NCBI GenBank assembly: GCA_052327205.1 | Contig: CM126220.1 | Location: 24,986,001 to 25,050,000, forward strand | Reading direction: 5' to 3' | DNA length: 64,000 nucleotides | From: Somniosus microcephalus | Taxonomy: Eukaryota | Shown: in pieces, positions 57,101-63,262 of the stretch | Numbering within the stretch: position 1 is the stretch's first letter | Layout: every line of letters begins with the position of its first letter | Position numbers and translations under genes: made by a program | Notes under the pieces: generated by a model | What the model saw: only the letters and a program-made list of their open reading frames with translations | Database searches by the model: none | Told to the model about the DNA's origin: nothing

Positions 57101-59918
57101 CAAAGCTACAGCAGGTGGTCGGCAGCTGAACTGATGGCCTCAATCTTAGTTACAATGATGTCCATGAGTTTCTTGCACTTCTTGGTGCTGAGGGTGGAGA
57201 GAGCAAAACACCTAAAACCACTCTCGCTCCCAACCAAAAATACATTCTATCTGGAGAGACCCATATAGGCTACATCATATTAAGCAGTTACCTGTGTTAT
57301 TTGGAAATCGCTAAAGTATACCAAAGGTTGGACCAATAGATAATCCAGCACCCAATTCATTGAAATGCCATGAGAAGCATCTGCTCCCTACCTGGTGTAT
57401 GGTATAGTACAAAGGAGGCCAATGCTGTTGGCACAGGCTATTGGGTATCGGGCACAAAGAGAAACGACCGATGTCATGGTCTCGCCAAATGCCTCCTGAA
57501 CCTGCTCCACCATCCCACCACATGTCAGCTCTTCAATTCTGGGAACAGAAACATTAATTTACCAGTGGGGGAAACAACACTGCTTAACTGTTGCAAAATA
57601 GCTTCCTTCCAACACCAGCATCTGAATTAAATCCTATTCATTAAAATATTGTAACATCCTTCAACTTATAACAAACTTGCGTACAAACAATCCTGTAAAT
57701 CTAACTATTTTTTTTCAAAACTTTACTCATCTACTTTGGTGTTGTCCTGGATCATGCTCTTCAGCAGAGTGTTTGTTTTAAAAATTAACAGGCGCCACAT
57801 TGCTGGATTACACACCAGTAACCATGCAAGAACGTTTTTTACCGCATAGATAACCAAGGAGGGAAGTGTATGATCAATGGGATAGAATGGAACAAAAATA
57901 GAGGAGCAAAAAGAATTTTAAAATGTAATATGAAATTGGGTAAGAAGAATGCCATCTTCCTTCCTACTTAGCAAATTTGACGTCAACCTTTTTAAGATTG
58001 CCTGGTTGCAATCCTGCAGGTAATAGGCTAGTCTCGGGGCTGCGCAGCATCACACTCAATAACCTCACTTCAGTAAGATATGGTAGTTCTTGACCAGGAA
58101 GGAGCATCAAATGGAATCCAATGCATCGGGTTGGACTGGGAGGTCCAACTCGCTTTGTTGGAACTGTGTTCCCTGCTGGACAATTACGGGGCAGCAATAT
58201 TGACAGCCATTCGGGAAGTTCTCCCTACGCCTGGAGGAGGAGGAGGCATGATGACTGGCTGTGCATAAAGCAAACAAAACGGAGTGGGGGAGGGGGAAAC
58301 ATGCAGACAATTAACAATACATAAAGATGACCATAAAGGAAGCAATCTCAATCCAGTTCCTACAGCCCCTCATTCAGCACTAACTGGCAATCACACTTGG
58401 ACAGACCCAAGGATGATTGGTATTAAAAAATTAAATATTGGTGTTGGGGCTAGCTCTTAAGATTGGGGCTGAGGCACGTTACTGGGGTTAGAACAGAGAG
58501 ACACGTTCCATTCACCCAAACTAACATCCCTCATCTTGACGAGTATAAAAACAAAGTGTTTTTAAAAGAGAGGTAGATGCACAGTACTCCGGGTTCACAA
58601 CATCAGAAGAGAAAACAAAGTCAATGGGCTGCCATGCCCCAAAAGCTTACTTTGTCACGGAGTTTCTTCGTAAAGAACAAGCATTTTTTTCCCACCATTA
58701 AACTGGTCAGCATCTCACCTTGGTCCGCCTTGAAGGACTGTTGTTACAGGTCCCACCAAATGAGTGACACCACCGACTCGGACTGCTGCTGTCAACAGCT
58801 CACGCATGTGCACCAGGGCCTGTTTCCTCGTGTTACCACGCCGCCACCGGGTCTGGGCAGCTAAAAGGAAACTGCTGCTCGACACCTAAACCAAAACAAA
58901 ATCATAACTTCCGAATGCTGCTTACATAACTCTTAACAACAGCCTCTCCATCCTCATTTAATGGGTTAGTGAAGAGAGGTTGCAACATTACATCAGTAAA
59001 AAAATTGATTGGCAAATGGCGACATTTATAGATCAATAGAAAGACTGTAACTTAATCATAGATGCTAGGTAGGTAAGTTCGCATGAGGGCAAAGATGATA
59101 AATGTGTTCAGGCACATCTAGGCCAGTGAAATAATGTATAGGATTACAGATGTACAGCAGCAGGTGGCATAATTGGGGTTAAAAATGTTCAATGTGAGGA
59201 ACAAAAAACAAGAGTGTAACTTCCATGAAATCATGTTTTACCCTAATATTGCACCACAATAATTTCCAAAAGTTGATCCTGCAACAGCTTAGCATTTCAA
59301 ATTATATTTAATACATGGCACAATGCAATACATCCAAACATATAATTACAGGAAACTTTCGTTTAACCGGAGGTTAAATGTCCGGAAAGCTCTATCTACC
59401 GGCAAAATTCAGGAGCCGTTTCCTATAAGTTTTTTTACTCCTCGTTGCTTTTTTTCCCCCCCAGTCAGGCTCTGCAAGGTCTAGCTGAAGCTGTTGCTTA
59501 GCTACAGAGACGCTTTTAAGCTGCGGCCGACTGTTTTGAAGCTGTTGCTAAGCAACAGGGTTTGTTGATTCACACGGAGCTCAAAAGCTCCGTATGTTTT
59601 AACATTAGCGCTGGTTTCTACGGCAGTTTTGATGGTACGGCACCAGCTCGGTCCCTTCAGTGCCGGATACCAGAAAGTTTCCTGTATGTACATGTTCCTT
59701 ATCTAAATTGGGTTCTCAGAATTTTCCAATAATCTTGTAAAAAAAGTATAATTACAAAACAAGTTTTAACACTTACAGCCTGGTCAGGATTGGTCCCAAT
59801 GAAAGCAAAGAGCTGTCCGAGCAGCACGCTGTATGTCGGCTTGTCGCGGCTATCCTCAATAGTCAGGGACTGAAGCAGAGTGAAGGAACTGCTCCGATGA
59901 CTATTCCCATGGCGTCTC
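4150..59918 (-). CDS. HECTD4: HECT domain E3 ubiquitin ligase 4, partial multi-exon CDS (31 internal exons, about 2035 codons, including a SPRY-like region; N-terminus and HECT domain outside window)
   Basis: Exon translations match the recalled vertebrate HECTD4 (C12orf51) protein in colinear order (e.g. [80 protein letters not shown]). All junctions are AG/GT (one AG/GC) and phases concatenate without frameshift or stop. Confidence 0.96.
6029..6208 (-). CDS. HECTD4: HECTD4 exon ([18 protein letters not shown]...LQVVELF)
   Basis: cccag / gtaagg, 180 nt, phase 1->1. Confidence 0.93.
6385..6665 (+). mobile_element. LF-SINE-like ancient SINE
   Basis: Diverged match to recalled LF-SINE blocks (CAGACCAG..CAGGTTYGAT, ACAATTG.CYTC, TTCAGGAGAGGAGGGG). 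Confidence 0.5.
7196..7401 (-). CDS. HECTD4: HECTD4 exon ([15 protein letters not shown]...DKLHVKL)
   Basis: tttag / gtatgt, 206 nt, phase 2->1. Confidence 0.93.
8350..8480 (-). CDS. HECTD4: HECTD4 exon ([13 protein letters not shown]...SPAGFRK)
   Basis: tgcag / gtaagc, 131 nt, phase 0->2. Confidence 0.92.
8796..9271 (+). mobile_element. Penelope-like element 3' fragment
   Basis: EEQHLIFRL...[10 protein letters not shown] remnant plus pseudo-LTR; perfect 14-bp TSD AGAGATGAATAGGT (8782-8795, 9272-9285). Confidence 0.85.
11520..11725 (-). CDS. HECTD4: HECTD4 exon ([17 protein letters not shown]...KQICSFLQ)
   Basis: tgcag / gtacaa, 206 nt, phase 1->0. Confidence 0.92.
13175..14508 (+). mobile_element. 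CR1 LINE, 5'-truncated (RT domain + 3' UTR), frameshifted
   Basis: [47 protein letters not shown] motifs; (TTCTTATG)n-type tail. Confidence 0.93.
14545..14820 (-). mobile_element. LF-SINE-like ancient SINE
   Basis: ACACTCACTGTCTAGGCT..ACATGA block and GTGCTGAGTTAGCT block. Confidence 0.55.
14987..15168 (-). CDS. HECTD4: HECTD4 exon ([14 protein letters not shown]...QLLAPPLS)
   Basis: tacag / gttggt, 182 nt, phase 2->1. Confidence 0.92.
15760..16140 (+). mobile_element. LF-SINE-like ancient SINE
   Basis: CAGACCAGGAAGGT..., GGACAGGATCAG.CTCAG.TGTGAT blocks. Confidence 0.55.
16984..17144 (-). CDS. HECTD4: HECTD4 exon ([15 protein letters not shown]...NTNIQIHR), GC donor
   Basis: tttag / gcaagt (non-canonical GC donor), 161 nt, phase 0->2. 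Confidence 0.9.
18023..18159 (-). CDS. HECTD4: HECTD4 exon ([12 protein letters not shown]...GVVLDVDT)
   Basis: tacag / gtaggt, 137 nt, phase 1->0. Confidence 0.92.
18689..18826 (-). CDS. HECTD4: HECTD4 exon ([15 protein letters not shown]...TDKVRK)
   Basis: aatag / gtaatt, 138 nt, phase 1->1. Confidence 0.93.
20336..21041 (+). mobile_element. Complete non-autonomous Helitron (706 bp)
   Basis: A|TC 5' end; 3' hairpin GCCCTGGC-AAA-GCTGGGC followed by CTAG|T; inserted at AT with no TSD; internal ~66-bp tandem duplication. Confidence 0.85.
21300..21550 (+). mobile_element. Old DeuSINE-like fragment
   Basis: Diverged reverse-complement match to the 26510 and 27510 copies, ending GTGCTATATAAAT. 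Confidence 0.5.
21713..22398 (-). mobile_element. Complete non-autonomous Helitron (686 bp), inverted relative to the 20336 copy
   Basis: A|TCTATATATATAAAAG start; GCCCTGGC-AAA-GCCGGGC hairpin; CTAG|T end; colinear with the 20336 copy. Confidence 0.85.
22618..22744 (-). CDS. HECTD4: HECTD4 exon ([15 protein letters not shown]...KGALQL)
   Basis: cacag / gtaggt, 127 nt, phase 0->1. Confidence 0.93.
24430..24566 (-). CDS. HECTD4: HECTD4 exon ([16 protein letters not shown]...DDDVPR)
   Basis: gacag / gtaagt, 137 nt, phase 1->0. Confidence 0.92.
25206..25782 (+). mobile_element. CR1 LINE 3' fragment
   Basis: RPHLEY and [29 protein letters not shown] motifs; CR1 tail. Confidence 0.9.
26118..26449 (+). 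mobile_element. Tc1/mariner (pogo/Tigger-like) MITE, family A copy 1
   Basis: TIR CAGGAAACTTTG..TATC.GG, TA TSD on both sides, 332 bp. Confidence 0.88.
26510..26723 (-). mobile_element. DeuSINE-like SINE 3' part with L2-type tail
   Basis: GCTGTGCGCAAATTGGCTGCCGC core; tail GAAAGGTGCTATATAAATGCAAGTT shared with the L2 elements in this window. Confidence 0.7.
27030..27267 (-). CDS. HECTD4: HECTD4 exon (NTKVRANFG...[11 protein letters not shown])
   Basis: aatag / gtaagt, 238 nt, phase 0->1. Confidence 0.92.
27510..27943 (-). mobile_element. DeuSINE-like SINE interrupted by a Penelope pseudo-LTR
   Basis: Same core and tail as the 26510 copy; split at 27609-27704. Confidence 0.7.
27609..27704 (+). 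mobile_element. Solo Penelope pseudo-LTR fragment (hammerhead motif)
   Basis: Homologous to 3618-3712; 11-bp TSD TTG(C/T)AGTGGAG at 27598-27608 and 27705-27715. Confidence 0.75.
28305..28686 (+). mobile_element. 3' end of the tRNA-headed LINE family
   Basis: Tail sequence shared with 60768-60920 (minus) and 43570-43650 (minus); AATAAA followed by an A-rich end. Confidence 0.75.
29471..29634 (-). CDS. HECTD4: HECTD4 exon ([12 protein letters not shown]...[10 protein letters not shown])
   Basis: tctag / gtaatt, 164 nt, phase 1->0. Confidence 0.93.
30566..31125. mobile_element. Tc1/mariner (Tigger-like) MITE, family B (560 bp)
   Basis: TIR CAGTCC(A/T)ACCCACTTA, TA TSD on both sides, subterminal GTCGACATAAG-like repeats. 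Confidence 0.8.
31261..32410 (-). mobile_element. L2-clade LINE 3' fragment
   Basis: [10 protein letters not shown]...ADDTQLY RT motif; L2-type tail. Confidence 0.85.
32816..32895 (-). CDS. HECTD4: HECTD4 exon ([26 protein letters not shown])
   Basis: tgcag / gtaaac, 80 nt, phase 2->1. Confidence 0.92.
33859..34007 (-). CDS. HECTD4: HECTD4 exon ([11 protein letters not shown]...GTCLFH; SPRY-like region)
   Basis: ctaag / gtatgt, 149 nt, phase 0->2. Confidence 0.92.
34262..34597 (+). mobile_element. MITE family A copy 2
   Basis: Same TIRs, TA TSD. Confidence 0.88.
35420..35581 (-). CDS. HECTD4: HECTD4 exon ([14 protein letters not shown]...ATSQIPVQ)
   Basis: tccag / gtagga, 162 nt, phase 0->0. 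Confidence 0.93.
35780..36595 (+). mobile_element. LF-SINE-like ancient SINE split by a Penelope insertion
   Basis: Halves rejoin at the ATCCAGTGACCCTT TSD. Confidence 0.55.
35973..36406 (-). mobile_element. Penelope-like element 3' fragment inserted into an LF-SINE-like repeat
   Basis: Pseudo-LTR plus endonuclease C-terminus; perfect 14-bp TSD ATCCAGTGACCCTT (35959-35972, 36407-36420). Confidence 0.85.
36815..37049 (+). mobile_element. Solo LTR (235 bp)
   Basis: TG...CA ends, 5-bp TSD AGGGT, internal TATATAA and AATAAA. Confidence 0.8.
37765..38599 (-). mobile_element. Penelope-like element with GIY-YIG endonuclease domain and pseudo-LTR
   Basis: ORF 38128..38541: Cys-rich linker (CKRRRCNTC), [28 protein letters not shown]; 12-bp TSD TCTATAGAGTGA (37753-37764, 38600-38611). 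Confidence 0.92.
38690..38793 (-). CDS. HECTD4: HECTD4 exon ([14 protein letters not shown]...[12 protein letters not shown])
   Basis: ttcag / gtaata, 104 nt, phase 1->0. Confidence 0.93.
39392..39507 (-). CDS. HECTD4: HECTD4 exon ([18 protein letters not shown]...AQECSP)
   Basis: tacag / gtatgt, 116 nt, phase 2->1. Confidence 0.93.
40151..40528. repeat. Perfect 30-bp direct repeat flanking a 318-bp unique segment
   Basis: AAACTTCATCTCATTGGCATGAGCTGGAGT at 40151-40180 and 40499-40528. Confidence 0.9.
40788..40957 (-). CDS. HECTD4: HECTD4 exon ([18 protein letters not shown]...AEIRTR)
   Basis: tttag / gtaatg, 170 nt, phase 0->2. Confidence 0.93.
41977..42141 (-). CDS. HECTD4: HECTD4 exon ([13 protein letters not shown]...RLCTPRCE)
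   Basis: ctcag / gtgagt, 165 nt, phase 0->0. Confidence 0.92.
42380..43140 (-). mobile_element. Degenerate CR1 fragments
   Basis: CR1 tail at about 42380-42490 plus older RT C-terminal remnants. Confidence 0.55.
43567..43933 (-). mobile_element. Old tRNA-derived SINE related to the 61272 LINE
   Basis: tRNA-like head, same body as 61030-61270, and same 3' tail as 28600-28686. Confidence 0.65.
44483..44665 (-). CDS. HECTD4: HECTD4 exon ([14 protein letters not shown]...KIGSEVQ)
   Basis: gtcag / gtaatc, 183 nt, phase 0->0. Confidence 0.93.
44706..45420 (-). mobile_element. Degenerate L2 LINE
   Basis: [11 protein letters not shown] (YADD-like) motif; L2 tail at 44706. Confidence 0.65.
46568..46703 (-). 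CDS. HECTD4: HECTD4 exon ([16 protein letters not shown]...IWTTTAEK)
   Basis: tgcag / gtaagt, 136 nt, phase 2->0. Confidence 0.93.
47370..47572 (-). CDS. HECTD4: HECTD4 exon ([11 protein letters not shown]...REKNAELAR)
   Basis: tgcag / gtacga, 203 nt, phase 0->2. Confidence 0.92.
47746..48077 (-). mobile_element. MITE family A copy 3 (inverted, very similar to copy 2)
   Basis: Same TIRs, TA TSD, 332 bp. Confidence 0.88.
48546..48627 (-). CDS. HECTD4: HECTD4 exon ([27 protein letters not shown])
   Basis: tgcag / gtaagg, 82 nt, phase 2->0. Confidence 0.92.
48925..49390 (+). mobile_element. LF-SINE-like ancient SINE
   Basis: Same conserved blocks, ending CTTCAGGCAAGGGGAGG. Confidence 0.5.
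49430..49619 (-). CDS. HECTD4: HECTD4 exon (CQTVLSPS...[10 protein letters not shown])
   Basis: ctcag / gtaggt, 190 nt, phase 1->2. Confidence 0.92.
49900..50215 (+). mobile_element. LF-SINE-like ancient SINE
   Basis: GGGCTCAGCTGTGATGCCCC..GAATAGCCT..TAGGCTCACAAATGAAGAATG. Confidence 0.6.
50342..50648 (-). mobile_element. CR1 LINE 3' fragment
   Basis: [19 protein letters not shown]...[10 protein letters not shown]. Confidence 0.88.
51170..51450 (-). CDS. HECTD4: HECTD4 exon ([13 protein letters not shown]...LADYVVP)
   Basis: atcag / gtaagt, 281 nt, phase 2->1. Confidence 0.93.
52223..52376 (-). CDS. HECTD4: HECTD4 exon ([14 protein letters not shown]...LLNDLSR)
   Basis: cccag / gtaggg, 154 nt, phase 1->2. 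Confidence 0.92.
53397..53581 (-). CDS. HECTD4: HECTD4 exon ([10 protein letters not shown]...VEWEKEE)
   Basis: tttag / gtgaga, 185 nt, phase 2->1. Confidence 0.93.
54258..54695 (+). mobile_element. L2 LINE 3' fragment
   Basis: [13 protein letters not shown] motif; L2 tail. Confidence 0.8.
55331..55500 (+). mobile_element. CR1-type 3' tail fragment
   Basis: GGGCCGAATGGCCT hairpin and ATTCTATGAT tail. Confidence 0.6.
56160..57200 (-). mobile_element. Degenerate L2 LINE RT
   Basis: [34 protein letters not shown] motifs. Confidence 0.8.
57392..57538 (-). CDS. HECTD4: HECTD4 exon ([17 protein letters not shown]...TIPYTR)
   Basis: cccag / gtaggg, 147 nt, phase 2->2. Confidence 0.93.
58719..58885 (-). 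CDS. HECTD4: HECTD4 exon ([17 protein letters not shown]...LQGGPR)
   Basis: tttag / gtgaga, 167 nt, phase 0->2. Confidence 0.93.
59349..59684 (+). mobile_element. MITE family A copy 4
   Basis: Same TIRs, TA TSD. Confidence 0.88.
59777..59918 (-). CDS. HECTD4: HECTD4 exon ([12 protein letters not shown]...TNPDQA)
   Basis: ttcgcag acceptor, gtaagt donor, 142 nt, phase 2->0. Confidence 0.9.
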
Positions 59919-60767
59919 CTGCGAATAATAGACAAATACTCAGACATCTATAGCCTAGAAATTACTCTGTGATCCATTAATGTACAATACTACTTAACAG
60001 GCTAAGTGTTCATATCCCAACAGTAATTTACAGACTTCAACATCTAGGTCACCAAAAATGTGTACCTGTTCAAATGTAGCATTTTGAAAAACAAACCCTC
60101 TTCTCTCCTCTCCAATCCAATAACATCTGTGGAGTGCATTTAATGGGGATGGAAAATTCAGAGAGAGTAGAAACAGTGCTTCTTGTTCCAAGTAGTCACC
60201 CATTGTCTATTTTTTAAATATTCCTCCACTTTATTTTTTAGAATCCTATCAGAGACCCCCTTCTCCCAGCTCGAGTCTCTTTCCCCTCCAAGCTGCTCAG
60301 GTGATGTCACATGCATCTCAGAGTGGCTCAATTCATTTCCAGACGTATCTGGGAGCCTTACGACCCTATAAAAATCTAATGCTGACCTATCCAGTTGGTA
60401 GTGAGTGGAAAAATGTTGAAGAAATGTTTTTCTTACATAGACAGCAAGGTGTAAACTCTGAACAAAAAGCACTACTCCTGGAGATATTCTTTCCCCTGTA
60501 AGATTCCATGCTCTGGATGTCTCCAAGCTATTTGGAAGTTTCATTACAAGCCCTCAATAGCTCATCAAACCTTTAACATTTGGACTAAGTTTGTGAGCTA
60601 CTGTGATAAAAATAAAGCCCAGGTCGGTTGCTGACATAGTAAAGTTGGCAAGGAATGTGGATGGAGAACAGGATCACAGCTAATAAGTGATCAGCTAAGT
60701 ATAGCTTCAAACTGTAGAAAAATAAACAGAAGCATTGGTACTTGGGCCAGAGAGGTGAAGCCTTTTT

Positions 60768-61270
60768 TTAAAAATTTGTTCTGGGATGTGGGCATCGCTG
60801 GCAAGGCCAGCTTTTATTGCCCAGCCCTAAATGCCCTTGAGAAAGTGGTGGTGATCCGCCTTGTTGAACCGCTGCAGTCCTTGTGGTGAAGGTACTCCCA
60901 CAGCGCTGTTAGGGAGGGAGGCACAAGTTCCCAGATATTAGTAAGGAGGACTTTGCAGGGTCAACTGGGCTGGGTGTGCCCTTGTCTTGTCCGAAGCTGG
61001 TGCCTAAGTCGATGCCAGTTTTATTCTTATTATTGTTTCTCGTAGCGGTTTGTTACAACTGAGTGACTTGCTAGGCCATTTCAGAGGGCAGTTAAGAGTC
61101 AACCACATTGCTGTGGGTCTGGAGTCACACATAGGCCAGGCCAGGTAAGGACGGCAGATTTCCTTCCCTAAAAGGACATTAGTGAATCAGATGGGTTTTT
61201 AACGACAATCCGATTTTCATGGTCACCATTACTCTGATACTAGCTTTTTATTCCAGATTTATTTAATTAA
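60768..61270 (-). mobile_element. Internally deleted non-autonomous derivative of the tRNA-headed LINE
   Basis: 5' body plus start of the APE ORF (matches 61455-61563) fused directly to the LINE 3' tail (matches 28530-28686). Confidence 0.75.
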
Positions 61271-61271
61271 T

Positions 61272-63240
61272 CGGGAATGGTAGCATAGTGGTTATGTTAC
61301 TGGACTAGTAATCCAGAGGCCTGGACTAATGATCCGGAGACGTCGAGTTCAAATCCCACCACGGCAGCTGGGAAATTTAAATTCAGTTAACTGAATAATT
61401 CTGGAATAAAAAGCTAGTAAACCAATCAGTTGTAAAAAGAACAGTATGAAAAAGAATAATAAAACCGGATGGACCACCCGGCATCGGCTACGGACACAAC
61501 AACGACACACCCAACCCAGTCGATCCTGCAAAGTCCTCCTCGCCAACATCTGGGGACTTGTGCCAAAATTGGGAGAACTGTCCCACAGATTAGTCAAACA
61601 ACAGCCTGACAGTTATACTCACAGAATCATACCTTTCAGCTAATGTCCCAAACTCCTCCATCACCACCGGCAGGACAGACCCACTTGGGGTGGTGGCACA
61701 GTGGTATACAGTCGGGAACGAGTGGCCCTGCGAGTCCTCAACATTGACTCCCGACCCCATGAAGTCTCATGGCTTCAGGTCAAGCACAGGCAAGGAAACC
61801 TCCTGCTGATTACCGCCTACTGCCCTCCCTCAGCTGATGAATCAGTACTCCTCCATGTTGAACACCACTTGGAAGAAGCAAGGACACAGAATGTACTCTG
61901 GGTGGGGGACTTCAATGTCCATCACCAAGAGTGGCTCAGTAGCACCACTACTGACCGAGCTGGCCGTGTCCTGAAGGACATAGCTGCCAGTCTGGGCCTG
62001 CGACAGGTGGCGAGAGAACCAACACGAGGGAAAAACCTACTTGACCTTATCCTCACCAATCTACCTGTCGCAGATGCATCTGTCCATGACAGTATTGGTA
62101 GCAGTGATCACCGCACAGTCATTGTGGAGATGAAGTCCTGTCTTCACACTGAGGAAACCCCCCCCATCGTGTTGTGTGGCACTACCACCGTGCTAAATGG
62201 GATAGATTCAGAACAGATCTAGCAGCTCAAAACTGGGCATCCATGAGACGCTGTGGGCCATCAGCAGCAGCAGAATTGTATTCCACCACAATCTGTGACC
62301 TCATGGCCCAGCATATCCCTCACTCTACCATTACCATCAAGCAAAGGGACCAACCATGGTTCAATTAAGGAGTGTAGAAGAGCATGCCAGGAGCAGCATC
62401 AGGCGTACCTAAAAAATGAGGTGCCAACCTGGGGAAGCTGCAACACAGGACTCCATGCATGCTTAAAAAGCAGAAGCAGCATGTTATAGACAGAGCTAAG
62501 TGATCCCACAATCAACAGATCAGATCAAAGCTCTGCAGTCCTGCCACATCCATTAGTGAATGGTGGTGGACCATTAAACAACTAACGAAAGGAGGAGGCT
62601 CCATGAATATCCCCATCCTCAATGATGAAGCCCAGCACGTGAGTGCAAAAGACAAGGCTGAAGCGTTTGCAACCATCTTCAGCCAGAAGTGCCGAGTGGA
62701 TGATCCATATCGGCTTCCTCCAGAGGTCCCCACCACCACAGAAGCCAGTCTTCAGCCAATTCAATTCACTCCACGTGATATCAAGAAACGGCTGAGCGTA
62801 CTGGATACAGCAAAGTCTATGGGCCCCGACAACATCCCAGCAGTCGTGCTGAAGACTTGTGCTCCAGAACTAGCTGCACCTCTAGCCAAGCTGTTCCAGT
62901 ACAGCTGCAACACTGGCAACTATCCAACAATGTGGAAAACTGCCCAGGTATGTCCTGTCCACAAAAAGCAGGACAAATCCAACCCGGCCAATTACTGCCC
63001 ATCAGTCTACTCTCAATTATCAGCAAAGTGATGGAAGGTGTCATTGACAGTGCCATCAAGTGGTACTTACTCACCAATACCCAGTTTGGGTTCCACCAGG
63101 AGCACTTGGCTCCAGACCTCATTGCAGCCTTGGTCTCAACATGGACAAAAGAGCTGAATTCCAGAGGTGAGGAGAGTGACTGCCCTTGACATCAAGGCAG
63201 GCATCAAGGAGCTCTAGTAAAACTGAAGTCAATGTGAATC
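61272..63240 (+). mobile_element. CR1-group LINE (APE endonuclease + RT, decayed) with tRNA-derived 5' head
   Basis: ANIWGL, VGDFN, PTR..NLLDL, SDH (APE); GPDNIP, WK.A.V.PVHKK, QFGF, LDIK (RT); A box 61281-61291, B box 61345-61356. Confidence 0.88.
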
Positions 63241-63262
63241 CGGGGGGGGGGGGGGGGGGGGG

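Noticed and set aside
60158-60544. Possible extra HECTD4 exon (VVRLPDTSGNELSH...)
   Set aside because: Has an AG acceptor-like site at 60366, but I found no phase-2 donor compatible with the next exon, and it does not resemble the recalled upstream HECTD4 sequence.
61272-61365. Functional tRNA-Thr gene
   Set aside because: Extra ~20-nt insertion in the variable region, poor acceptor stem, no T-run terminator, and fused to a retroelement; treated as a tRNA-derived head.
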